Below, one piece after another: positions 1 through 8,907 of a DNA stretch of 64,000 bases. Source of the DNA: Candidatus Spongiisociaceae bacterium (GTDB lineage Bacteria; Actinomycetota; Acidimicrobiia; Spongiisociales; Spongiisociaceae). Location of the stretch: the NCBI GenBank assembly GCA_965219685.1, contig CBDCOH010000002.1, positions 3,424,001-3,488,000 of the forward strand, in the 5' to 3' direction. Under the pieces are notes generated by a model. That model saw only the letters and a program-made list of their open reading frames with translations, did not search any database and was not told where the DNA came from. Each line of letters starts with the position of its first letter. Positions within the stretch are counted from its first letter, which is position 1. The position numbers were made by a program, and so were the translations under genes.

Positions 1-1202
1 ATCGCCAGAAGTCTGGCGGCTGCTGCCTGAGAGAAGGCCGGATCGTTGATGTGGGTGTCCAGCCGGACCACCTCGGTGTCCGAACCGGCGAGCGACTCCC
101 GCAACCCTTCGGCCAGAGCCGCGTCGGCCGCCGGGTCATGGAAGGGGCCCCCGTCCACGGCGATCGCGGACGACCCGCGCAACGGGACCATGAGGACCGC
201 CGGACCCATCGCCTCCGCCAGGCGCGCTCCGATCACGCGGCCGATCACGCGGCACTCCTCCGGGGAGGTCCGCATCAGCGTGACGAGGTCGTTGTGAACG
301 TGGAACACCCGGTTGCCGAAGTGCTCCGGGACCGTGTCCCGTGGTCCGAAGCGCACCATGTCGGTACCCCCGGTGGACACGACCTGGGGAACCCCGAGCC
401 GCCCTGCCGTCCTGAGGCGGTCGTCCCCCGCCGGCTTCGTCCCGCCCACCACCTCGTCGGCTATCTCCACGGTGGTCAGGTCCAGCATGGCGCTCACGCC
501 CATCGGTCCGATCAGTCGCTCCATCGTCCGTCCACCCTCCCCTGTGGCATGGAAGGTCACGACCTCGTGGCCGGCCTCCTGTAGCCGGGCCCGGGCGCCG
601 GTGACCCCCCTGGTGGTAAGGCCCAGCATGGTCGCGAAGGCGAGGCTCCGGTCGCCGGCGGGCACGGGCGCAGCCCGGACCGCCCCCGCGATGGCTGCTG
701 CCGCGTTCGAGAGCACCCTGCGGGTGAGACGATTCAAGCCTGCTACGTCGGCAACGGACGACATGAGCAGAAGGTCCGAGCCACCGGCCAGGGCCCCGCC
801 CGCGGAGGCCACCTGCGTGGACACGATCATCTTGGGCAATCCGAAGGGCAGTCGTGAGAAGGCTCGGACGGCCACGGAGGTGCCCCCGGAACCTCCGGCG
901 GCCAGCACCCCCGAGCAACGTCCCGTTTCGACGAGTTCCGCAAGGATCTTCCCGGCCCCGTGGCCCATGACTCCCAGGGCCATGGCCCGGTCCCCGGCCG
1001 CTGCCAGGTCAGCGACCCTCCGGCCTGCCGCTTCCGCCACTGCTTGGCGGGTGATGTCGGGAGTTACTCCAGGGCAGCCCAGAACCCCCGCATCGATCAG
1101 TAGCGACGACACCCCCGCTTCCCGGATCCGGTCGCGGAGGTACGCGTACTCGTCACCCTTGGTGTCGAGCGTGCCCACGAGGGCGACGACGGGAGATGTC
1201 AC
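1..1202 (-). CDS. UPF0261 / Tm-1-like ATP-binding domain protein (3' end runs off window)
   Basis: Not in ORF track (no stop in window). Manual translation from GTG 1202: MTSPVVALVGTLDTKGDEYAYL...; near position 1 reads DTHINDPAFSQAAAARLL. Both termini are typical of the family. GTG overlaps the upstream TGA. Confidence 0.85.
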   Translation of the reverse strand, partial: MTSPVVALVGTLDTKGDEYAYLRDRIREAGVSSLLIDAGVLGCPGVTPDITRQAVAEAAGRRVADLAAAGDRAMALGVMGHGAGKILAELVETGRCSGVLAAGGSGGTSVAVRAFSRLPFGLPKMIVSTQVASAGGALAGGSDLLLMSSVADVAGLNRLTRRVLSNAAAAIAGAVRAAPVPAGDRSLAFATMLGLTTRGVTGARARLQEAGHEVVTFHATGEGGRTMERLIGPMGVSAMLDLTTVEIADEVVGGTKPAGDDRLRTAGRLGVPQVVSTGGTDMVRFGPRDTVPEHFGNRVFHVHNDLVTLMRTSPEECRVIGRVIGARLAEAMGPAVLMVPLRGSSAIAVDGGPFHDPAADAALAEGLRESLAGSDTEVVRLDTHINDPAFSQAAAARLLA

Positions 1203-1525
1203 TGCAGGGGCGAGAAGTCCGTGGGAACCCAGATCTCGTTGGTCATACCCGTGAGCAGCGGACCGTTCTCCTCACTCTTCTTGCGGGCGGCAACCCATTC
1301 CGGGTTCACCCGGAACCCCTCCCAGACCTCCTCGCGGCGGCCGAGATCCTCCCACTTGAGAAGGTAGTGAAGCACGTTCGGATCCCCGATCCTGGGCTCG
1401 AAGAAGGCCACCGGCTCGATACCGGCCTTCTTCCACATCGGGACGGTAGCTTCGGCGAAGCGGTCCTTGAGTTCTTCCATCCGTCCGTGAACCACCTGAT
1501 AGCGCCGGTATTCGTAGAACGCCAT
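1199..1525 (-). CDS. NIPSNAP family protein
   Basis: YEYRRY..HGRM, LHYLLKWEDL..REEVW, PTDFSPLQ C-terminus. Confidence 0.85.
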   Translation of the reverse strand: MAFYEYRRYQVVHGRMEELKDRFAEATVPMWKKAGIEPVAFFEPRIGDPNVLHYLLKWEDLGRREEVWEGFRVNPEWVAARKKSEENGPLLTGMTNEIWVPTDFSPLQ

Positions 1526-1876
1526 CTACTCTCCTTCCTCTATCGACACCAACTCGCCCGTGGCGGCCCGCCGCAGTCTCGCCACGCCGGAGACGGCTTC
1601 GGGGGCGATAGAACCGTAGATATGGGGAAACAGCTCGCCCACGGCATTCGGCTCCCACTTCACTTCGCTGCGCAGTAGGGAGGTGTCGATGGTCACCACT
1701 ATCACGCTGTCCATGGCGGCGTACCACTTGGCCAAGGTCCCCGGGACTTGCTCCGGCGACGAGCAGTGAAGGTATCCGTCTCTCAGATCGGCTTCGGATA
1801 CCGCAACGTACTGCTTGCCCGCGGCGATCGATGCGTCCCACTCCTCCGGGGTTATGATCTTGCACACTTGCGCCAT
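1526..1876 (-). CDS. DUF952 domain protein
   Basis: DLRDGYLHCS, VKWE, ELFPHIYG motifs; AAGGAGG RBS before ATG 1876. Confidence 0.85.
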   Translation of the reverse strand: MAQVCKIITPEEWDASIAAGKQYVAVSEADLRDGYLHCSSPEQVPGTLAKWYAAMDSVIVVTIDTSLLRSEVKWEPNAVGELFPHIYGSIAPEAVSGVARLRRAATGELVSIEEGE

Positions 1877-2103
1877 AGCCACCTCCTTGTCTCCTCGCGG
1901 TCCGCGAAACGGCCGCCCGTTACAGCGGTAGGTCGCCTGAGCACGGTTGGTCCGAGACTATGGGGGCAGTCCCGCTTTGGCTTGGTCAGCGTAGCGAGGG
2001 CCCGGGTCTCGCCTCGGTAAGCCGCCTGAACGGCCCTTCCGGACCCTCCCGACATCCCCGGCAGGGATGGGGCAAACGTCCGGACCCCGCTCGCGGCGTT
2101 GGT

Positions 2104-3519
2104 TCACTCTCCGTATCGGCGCCAGTGGTCGCCGAAGAGCGCCTCCTCGCTGGGTCGGTCCTCGGGGATCGTGGTCGACAGGTGGGTCAGGTTGATGAAG
2201 TGGCGGTAGTTGAGGTTCTCACTGATGCTGTTTCCCGCCCAGGTGCCGCAACCCATCGTCAGGGTGAAGGGGAGCCCGTTGGTGAAGCTGCCCCCGTTGC
2301 CGATGGCGTGGGCCTGGTTGACGAGCACCCTGACCACGTCCAACTCGTCGGCGAGGAGGCGGGCGTGGTCCATAGACGACGTGTAGATGCCACAGGAGTG
2401 GCCGCGTCCCCTGACCGCGAGGACGGCCCGTACCGTCTCGATCGCCTCTCTGATCCCGGCAGCCCGGTAGACGGTGAGCACCAGCGAGAGTTTCTCGTCC
2501 GCGAAGGATCCGGCTTCGGCGGGGAGCCGGTCCTCGACCAGGAACAACCGCGCCTCGCCGGCTTTCCCACCGAGTCCGGCCCGGCGGGCGAGGACACGGG
2601 CGTCCTTGGCGATCATCTCCCGGTTGAGCTTCCCGTCCACCCACAGGGCGTCCCGGACCGCTCGCTTCTCGCGTTCGTCGACCACGTAAGCCCCGGCCGC
2701 GCGGAGTTGCTCCAGTGCCGAGTCGTAGACATCGTCGAGGATGACCAGCGAGTTCTCCGATGAGCACGACGTGGCGTTGTCGAAGGTCTTGGAAGCCATG
2801 ACGCCCTCGGCCGCCTGCCGGAGGTCGGCGGTGCTGTCGACGATCACGGGCACGTTGCCTGCGCCCACCCCGATCGCGGGCTTGCCGCTCTGGTAGGCGG
2901 AGCGCACGTTGTTCTGCGATCCGGTGACGACGGACAGGTCGCAGGCCTCCATCAACCCGGTGGTGGCGCGCCTGGTGACCGGTGCAGGAAGGATTTGCAC
3001 GAGGTCCGCGGGCGCTCCGGCGGTTTCCAGGGCCGCCCGCATCAAATCGACCGCCCGGCTCGTGGTGGGGTAGGCCAGCGGGGAGGGCGCGACGATGACC
3101 GCGTTGCGGCCCTTAACGGCCATCATCGCCTTGTTGACGGGGGTAGCGGCGGGGTTCGTGGACGGCGTGACGGCGGCAACCACCCCCACCGGCTTGGCGT
3201 AGATCGCGAGCCCCCGGGACGGGTCCTCCTCCACCAGTCCCACGGTCCTGGCACGGCTGAGGTCGCGTAGCGTCCCGAACGTCTTGCGCCGGTTCTTGAC
3301 GATCTTGTCCTCGACGTTCCCGAGGCCGGTGGTCCTGACCGCGATCTCCGCCAGTTCTCGGGCATGGTCGGGCTTGTAGAGCGACCAGGCCAGGGCGGTC
3401 ACCACCTCGTCCACCCGTTCCTGGTCCGAATCGACGAACCCGGCCATGGCCGACCTCGCCCGAGCCACGAGGGTCACAACGGCTTCGGCGTCCGTGGCGT
3501 TCGCAACCAGGGTTGTCAT
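2104..3519 (-). CDS. sauS: CoA-acylating aldehyde dehydrogenase, SauS (sulfoacetaldehyde dehydrogenase)-like
   Basis: TGLGNVEDKIVKNRRKT, PVGVVAAVTPSTNPAATP, SKTFDNATSCSSENS, NGLPFTLTMGCGTWAGNS. Start placed at ATG 3519 (MTTLVAN). Substrate inferred. Confidence 0.7.
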   Translation of the reverse strand: MTTLVANATDAEAVVTLVARARSAMAGFVDSDQERVDEVVTALAWSLYKPDHARELAEIAVRTTGLGNVEDKIVKNRRKTFGTLRDLSRARTVGLVEEDPSRGLAIYAKPVGVVAAVTPSTNPAATPVNKAMMAVKGRNAVIVAPSPLAYPTTSRAVDLMRAALETAGAPADLVQILPAPVTRRATTGLMEACDLSVVTGSQNNVRSAYQSGKPAIGVGAGNVPVIVDSTADLRQAAEGVMASKTFDNATSCSSENSLVILDDVYDSALEQLRAAGAYVVDEREKRAVRDALWVDGKLNREMIAKDARVLARRAGLGGKAGEARLFLVEDRLPAEAGSFADEKLSLVLTVYRAAGIREAIETVRAVLAVRGRGHSCGIYTSSMDHARLLADELDVVRVLVNQAHAIGNGGSFTNGLPFTLTMGCGTWAGNSISENLNYRHFINLTHLSTTIPEDRPSEEALFGDHWRRYGE

Positions 3520-3529
3520 GCGCTGGTGC

Positions 3530-4330
3530 TCATCGGTCGGACCGCGTCCGCCAGTGGGCGACCGCGACGGTGGCATTGTCCCTGAGGCCCAGACCTCGTG
3601 CCGTGGCCAGCACGGTTCCGGCGATGGCTGCTGCGTCGCCGGACTCGGGACCGCATGCCGACCCGATGCCGGCAGGTGACGTGTCCCACAGCCATTCGAT
3701 GTCGCCGTAATCGGCGGCGAGCGGCTCCCAGGCGCCGTCACTGGCGATGATCACCGCCTCGGGTATCTCGGCGTCCTCGAAGTCACCGATCACGTCCACC
3801 TCTACCAGCCCTGCGCCGTACCCCTCGTCCTCGGGAGGCATTCCCAGGCATAGATCGATACCCCCAAACAGGCCCCTGTGGGGAGTCCCGCAGCAGTATC
3901 CCGCGAAACCGTCCGGCCCCGACTTCACCGAGAACGCCATCGTGTCACCCATCCACCCGATCAACAGACCGCCCTCGGGGGTCCAGGCCGATACGCACAG
4001 GGTGCTCATCGGAATCTCGGGCAGGGGAACCGGGCGGCTCCGAGATCCGGACAGCGCGAGCACCCGCTCGTTGGCCTCCGTGAACGCCGCCGCCATCTCG
4101 GCCTCGCCGTCGATCCGCCGCGGTAGGCCCTCGACGGCCGCCTCGGCCGCCTCGGCGCCGCGTGGATGACCCCCCAGCCCATCGGCCACTGCGATCACCC
4201 AGGCGCCGTCGTCCGACACGGCCGTGAACGCCCGATCCTGGTTCTCGCCACGCGGGCCGATGTCAGTCACCGAAGCGACCGTCACCGCCCTCCGCGACCG
4301 GTCTGGCTCGTTGGATCCTGCATCCGACAT
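3530..4330 (-). CDS. PP2C/SpoIIE-like protein phosphatase
   Basis: GPRGENQD, AVADGLGGH, WMGD, IASDG, RDNATV motifs; start approximate. Confidence 0.8.
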   Translation of the reverse strand: MSDAGSNEPDRSRRAVTVASVTDIGPRGENQDRAFTAVSDDGAWVIAVADGLGGHPRGAEAAEAAVEGLPRRIDGEAEMAAAFTEANERVLALSGSRSRPVPLPEIPMSTLCVSAWTPEGGLLIGWMGDTMAFSVKSGPDGFAGYCCGTPHRGLFGGIDLCLGMPPEDEGYGAGLVEVDVIGDFEDAEIPEAVIIASDGAWEPLAADYGDIEWLWDTSPAGIGSACGPESGDAAAIAGTVLATARGLGLRDNATVAVAHWRTRSDR

Positions 4331-4399
4331 AGGCGACATCATGCCAGATACCGGAGACCCAGGAGTTTGTCTCGGCGGACTACCCCGGGCAGACTGACC

Positions 4400-4420
4400 A
4401 CCATCCACCAATCACCAGCC
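4400..4420 (+). repeat. Degenerate C-rich heptamer array (ACCATCC ACCAATC ACCAGCC) abutting ATG 4421
   Basis: Read directly. Confidence 0.6.
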
Positions 4421-5557
4421 ATGAACATCCCTGAACATGTAGCCAAGGCCGTGCTGGCGGAGGCGGGCGTGCGCGTACCGGGCGGCGCATTCGCGACAAC
4501 GCCGGAGGGCGCCGCAAGGGCGGCTCGCCGCCTCGGGCCGGTGATGGTCAAGGCACAGGTGCCGATGGGAGGCCGCGGGAAGTCCGGCGGCATCAGGTCA
4601 GCACAGACCCCTGAAGAGGCCTACTCGGTCACCGCCGAGTTGATCGGAAGCCGCCTCGGCGGGTACCACGTTGCCGAGGTCCTGGTCGAGGAATGGATCC
4701 GGGCTGGTCAGGAACTCTACGCAGCGGTCCTCAACGATCCCGCCGGACCCGCGCGGCGCGTCGTGCTCTCGGAGCGTGGCGGGGTGGACATCGAGGCAAC
4801 ATCCCGTTCCGATCCCGGGTCGATCCTGACCCTGGACCTCGATCCGAGGATGGATCTGCACCCGGAGACCGCCCAGCGGTTCGCGACCGATGCAGGGTTC
4901 GCCTCGGCTGCGCCCGCCGTGGCCGATGCCCTAGTGCGGCTCTACCGGCTGCACCGTGACTCGGACGCCACGCTCCTGGAGGTCAACCCGCTGGCCGTCA
5001 CGGATGCAGGCGACGTGGTGGCGCTCGACTGCAAGCTCGTCTTGGATGGCGCGGCCGCCGCCCGCCAGCCATCGCTCGCCGCAGTTGCCGCCCCGGAGCC
5101 GCTGACCGGACTGGAGAAGGCCGCCCGGGAACTCGGGCTCCAGTTCGTCGAACTCGACGGCGACATCGGCGTGCTCGCCAACGGCGCCGGCCTCACGATG
5201 ACCACGATGGACGTGATCACTCACCTGGGGGGCCGGCCCGCCAACTTCCTCGAGATAGGCGGCGACGCGTACACCAAGGCCCGCCCGGCGCTCGAACTGG
5301 TACTCGCTCACGACTCGGTGCGCAGCCTGGTGGTCAACTTCTGCGGCGCCTTCGCCCGCACGGACGTGATGATCGACGGCTTGACCCGCGCATGGCTCGA
5401 CCTTCGCCCGCAGGTCCCCGCCTTCTTCACCGTCGACGGCACCGGTTCGTCGGAGGCCAGGCGCCTGTTGAAGGAGCGGTTGGGCCTCGATCCGTACCCG
5501 ACGATGGATGAAGCGATCGCGGCGGCCATCCGAGCAGCCGGAGGTCGGAGCGCATGA
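4421..5557 (+). CDS. ADP-forming acyl-CoA ligase beta subunit (SucC-like, ATP-grasp)
   Basis: MNIPEHVAK, VKAQVPMGGRGKSGGI, LEVNPL, NGAGLTMTTMD, PANFLEIGG; NFCGAFARTD replaces canonical NIFGGIVRCD. Confidence 0.85.
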   Translation: MNIPEHVAKAVLAEAGVRVPGGAFATTPEGAARAARRLGPVMVKAQVPMGGRGKSGGIRSAQTPEEAYSVTAELIGSRLGGYHVAEVLVEEWIRAGQELYAAVLNDPAGPARRVVLSERGGVDIEATSRSDPGSILTLDLDPRMDLHPETAQRFATDAGFASAAPAVADALVRLYRLHRDSDATLLEVNPLAVTDAGDVVALDCKLVLDGAAAARQPSLAAVAAPEPLTGLEKAARELGLQFVELDGDIGVLANGAGLTMTTMDVITHLGGRPANFLEIGGDAYTKARPALELVLAHDSVRSLVVNFCGAFARTDVMIDGLTRAWLDLRPQVPAFFTVDGTGSSEARRLLKERLGLDPYPTMDEAIAAAIRAAGGRSA

Positions 5558-6423
5558 TCGTCCGCGGCCACGAGCGCGTGCTGGTCCAGGGCATCACCGG
5601 ACGCCAGGCGACCTACTGGACCGCCCGGATGCAGGAGTACGGAACCCGGATCGTGGCGGGCGTAAGCCCCCGCAAGCCGGGGATCACCCACTGCGGGGTC
5701 CCGGTCCATGAAACCGCTCGGGCGGCAATGGAGGCCACCGGGTTCGAGGTGGCGGTCCTGTTCGTGCCTCCGCTCAGCGTGGAGGTTGCAGCCCTCGATG
5801 CCATCGAGGCGGGCGCTTCGAAGCTGGTCATCCTCACCGAACACGTCCCCGTGCGGGACGTGATGAACCTGATCTCGGCCGCCCGCGCAGCCGGGACGGA
5901 AGTGGTCGGCCCCAACACGGCCGGGCTCGTCACGCCCCGGGAGTGCTTCGTCGGATTCATGCCGGCCTTCGATGCCTCGATCTTCCGGCCGGGCCGGATC
6001 GGGGTGGTGTCGCGCAGCGGCAGCCTCGGCACCCTGGCCTGCCTCAACATCGTCCGGGCCGGTTACGGCCAGTCGGCGTTCATCGGTATAGGGGGTGACC
6101 CTGTGCCGGGTACCCGCACCCGCGACGCTCTTCAGGTCCTGGAGCAGGATCGGCGCACCGAAGCCGTGGTGCTGATCGGCGAGATCGGCGGTGACATGGA
6201 AGAGGACGCCGCCTCGTGTGTGAGGGAGATGAGCAAGCCGGTCGTGACGTTCGTGGCCGGACGGTCCGCTCCACCCGACCGGAGGATGGGTCACGCCGGC
6301 GCGATCTTCCAGGGAAGCCGGGGTTCGTACGCCTCCAAGAGGGCAGCCCTGGAGGCATCCGGCGCCGGCGTTCTGGAGACCCCTTCGGAGATCGGGCCGG
6401 CCCTGGCCCGAGTTCTCGGCTAA
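5554..6423 (+). CDS. ADP-forming acyl-CoA ligase alpha subunit (SucD-like)
   Basis: VLVQGITG, GPNTAG, VSRSGSL, IGEIGG, phospho-His motif RMGHAGA; ATGA overlap with beta subunit. Confidence 0.85.
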   Translation: MIVRGHERVLVQGITGRQATYWTARMQEYGTRIVAGVSPRKPGITHCGVPVHETARAAMEATGFEVAVLFVPPLSVEVAALDAIEAGASKLVILTEHVPVRDVMNLISAARAAGTEVVGPNTAGLVTPRECFVGFMPAFDASIFRPGRIGVVSRSGSLGTLACLNIVRAGYGQSAFIGIGGDPVPGTRTRDALQVLEQDRRTEAVVLIGEIGGDMEEDAASCVREMSKPVVTFVAGRSAPPDRRMGHAGAIFQGSRGSYASKRAALEASGAGVLETPSEIGPALARVLG

Positions 6424-6432
6424 CGGGCGCTG

Positions 6433-7785
6433 CTATCCGGCGTTCAACTCGATCAGCCGCTCCAGCACGTCGGGAACGCCTCCCGGAGTCACCACGATGA
6501 GTCGAAGGCCCCGGGCTTCCAGGAAGGCGCTGGCGGCGAAGGCCCGGTAGCCGCTCCCGCAGGCCACCCAGACGTCTTCCGACCGATCCAACCCTGCGGG
6601 AAGGCCGTCCTTGAGCCCGGGCACGTACCGGTAGACGGATCCCTCGATGTGGCCCTCCTCCCACTCCCCCGGAGACCGGACGTCCAGCACCTGGACCTCC
6701 TCCCCTGCTGCCAGGGCTGCGGCCAGATCGTCGGTGGTCCTGGTCTCGAAGGACGCCAGAGCGCCCCCGGCGTCGACCCAACCGGAGACCCCGTACACGA
6801 CGCCCAGCACGTTGTCGAAGCCGATCCGCCCGAACTGCCGGGCCACCTCCGCCACGTCCTGTCCTGGCTCGGCCACGAGGACCACCGGACTGTCGAAGGG
6901 CAGGAGCCACCCGGCCCACACCGCCACCTGGTCGCTCATCTCCAGCCCGAGAGAACCCGGTATGTGTCCAGCGGCATAGACAGGGCAGGGCCGTATGTCG
7001 ACGAGCCTCGCCCCCTCCGGCAGGTCCGACGGGTCCAGGACCTCGAGTTCCGGATACGCCAGGGGCTCCGGTCCCATGAGGTTGATGGGTCCCATGTGGG
7101 CGTAGTAGGCCGGGAAGGGTTGCAGGCCGGCCAGTTGCCCCACTACGAACGCGTCTGCGTCCGGGTATGCCAGCGCCGGGTTGGTCCGCCGCTCCAAGCC
7201 AATCGTCGACGTCGACCTCCCTGCTCCCGAGGCGGTACAGAAGGAGCCCTCACCGTGGGTGGGAAAAAGGCCGGTTCCGTCGGGAAGCCCGGCCAGCCGG
7301 TGGACCGACAGGTACTGGAGCCGGGCCAGCTGGCAGGCCCGGTCGTCTCCGAGGAGGTCGGACCGTCCGGCGGAGCCCACCAGCAGGCTTCCTCCGGAGA
7401 ACACCGCCACGATCTCCCCTTCCAGGAGGATCACGTAGCTCATGTGCTCGGGCGTGTGGCCGGGCGTGTGCACCGGCCGGATCGCGACCGGGCCACCGGG
7501 GAGGTCCTCGTTGTGGAAGGCGGGATGGTGATCGAAGGCCACGCCCGCCGCGGCAGGAAGCACGAGACGGGCGCCGGTGCGCCGGGCAAGATCACGTCCG
7601 CCCGACACGTAGTCGTTGTGGATATGGGTCTCGAGGACATGGGTGAGTCCTATGCCCGCGTCGACGACGGCTCGCTCGAACCGCTCCACGTCCCGCTGCG
7701 GATCGACGACCACCCCGCCCCCGTCGTGGGTCAGCAGGTAGGTGCTGTCTCCCAACCCGTCGGTCCGAAACGTCGTGATCTGCAT
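6433..7785 (-). CDS. MBL-fold hydrolase / persulfide dioxygenase fused to two rhodanese domains
   Basis: ETHIHNDYVSG, TPGHTPEH, PTHGEGSFC; C-terminal rhodanese DVRSPGEWEEGHI...VACGSGYRA. Confidence 0.85.
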   Translation of the reverse strand: MQITTFRTDGLGDSTYLLTHDGGGVVVDPQRDVERFERAVVDAGIGLTHVLETHIHNDYVSGGRDLARRTGARLVLPAAAGVAFDHHPAFHNEDLPGGPVAIRPVHTPGHTPEHMSYVILLEGEIVAVFSGGSLLVGSAGRSDLLGDDRACQLARLQYLSVHRLAGLPDGTGLFPTHGEGSFCTASGAGRSTSTIGLERRTNPALAYPDADAFVVGQLAGLQPFPAYYAHMGPINLMGPEPLAYPELEVLDPSDLPEGARLVDIRPCPVYAAGHIPGSLGLEMSDQVAVWAGWLLPFDSPVVLVAEPGQDVAEVARQFGRIGFDNVLGVVYGVSGWVDAGGALASFETRTTDDLAAALAAGEEVQVLDVRSPGEWEEGHIEGSVYRYVPGLKDGLPAGLDRSEDVWVACGSGYRAFAASAFLEARGLRLIVVTPGGVPDVLERLIELNAG

Positions 7786-7878
7786 ATGCCTCCCCGGTCC
7801 CGCGACCTGTCGGTCGGTCCCCCACCTTATCCGACCCCGGTCCCAGGTTTCGTCACCCGAAAGTACAGTGTTCGCGAC

Positions 7879-8907
7879 GTGGGTGACACCCTTGGGAATG
7901 GGAGCATCGTGTATCGCCCGGTGAGTGTAGGTGGTCGGCTTCTGGCGCGTGTGATCGACTGGGTGCTGTACATGGTGGTCGGTTTGGGCTTGGTGCTGGC
8001 GCTGGTCCTAGGGCTGAGATTCCTGGAGGCCCGGTTTGTCGAGCTAGGTGATGAAGGGCTCGTCGATGATGTTGATCACCTCACTGTGCCGGGGCTAGAC
8101 CAGGATGGTGCTATCGCAGTCAAGGCAGTGATCGAAGATTACGAGACGCGTCTTGATCGCTATTTCGACGACACCACATGGGTGGCTGAGGATATGGGTA
8201 TCTCTGTTGACGAGGCGATCGAGAAGTTTGCCTGGCAATCACCGTTTTCGGCTCTTGTCAGCGAGATCCGCAAAGAGCTACCCGACGACTTCTCAGGTGC
8301 CGCAATCAGGGACGATTACACTGCATGGATCGGGTTTGCTGGAGAGGCGCCTCCCGCTGCGGTAGAAGCTATCCGAGCCTTCTCTCGCTCGGTCAACCCA
8401 ATAGAGATAGTCGAGCACCGCGGGTTCTCGGAGAGAGAGGTACTCGACCGGCAGCACCAGATCCGGCGCCGGCAACAATCCTTCGGGATCGATGATCATC
8501 CGGAGTCGCTTGAAGGCGTCGAGCAGGCAATAATCGCCCTGTTGTTCGATCTTCCGCCACCTCTCAATATGGTATCTATCCTACAGTTGGGCCTCGCTGG
8601 TTTGGTTCTCCTGTTCATAGTGGAGATACCACTTACGGCAGTCGCCGGGCAGACCATCGGGAAGACACTGGTTAACATCAAAGTCGTACGTATAGATGAT
8701 GGAAGGTATCCGGGATGGAGCCGTTCTATGGCGAGGTGGGTTGTCCTGTACCTTCCTCTCGCTGTTCCCCTCATCGGACCGTTGTTGTTTGTCCTGATGG
8801 TCGTGTCACCACTATTCGACTCCGGCCGCCGCGGTTGGTACGACAGGGCCGCCGGTACGGTCGTCATAAGCAATACAGATTTCGGACGGACGGCAGACCA
8901 TGATTAG
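7879..8907 (+). CDS. RDD family membrane protein with large inserted soluble domain
   Basis: GRLLARVID ... GQTIGKTLVNIKVV ... RRGWYDRAAGTVV. Start placed at GTG 7879; the track ORF from 6649 is antisense run-through. Confidence 0.75.
   Translation: MGDTLGNGSIVYRPVSVGGRLLARVIDWVLYMVVGLGLVLALVLGLRFLEARFVELGDEGLVDDVDHLTVPGLDQDGAIAVKAVIEDYETRLDRYFDDTTWVAEDMGISVDEAIEKFAWQSPFSALVSEIRKELPDDFSGAAIRDDYTAWIGFAGEAPPAAVEAIRAFSRSVNPIEIVEHRGFSEREVLDRQHQIRRRQQSFGIDDHPESLEGVEQAIIALLFDLPPPLNMVSILQLGLAGLVLLFIVEIPLTAVAGQTIGKTLVNIKVVRIDDGRYPGWSRSMARWVVLYLPLAVPLIGPLLFVLMVVSPLFDSGRRGWYDRAAGTVVISNTDFGRTADHD

Noticed and set aside
313-1254. 313-aa plus-strand ORF
   Set aside because: Antisense shadow of the UPF0261 gene, which the track missed because its stop is off-window.
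4421-6423. Assigning gene symbols sucC/sucD
   Set aside because: The altered substrate loop and sauS context make a TCA role doubtful; symbols withheld.
6649-7878. 752-aa ORF as a single large RDD fusion
   Set aside because: The first ~410 codons are mostly antisense to the MBL-rhodanese gene; RDD homology starts near 7879.
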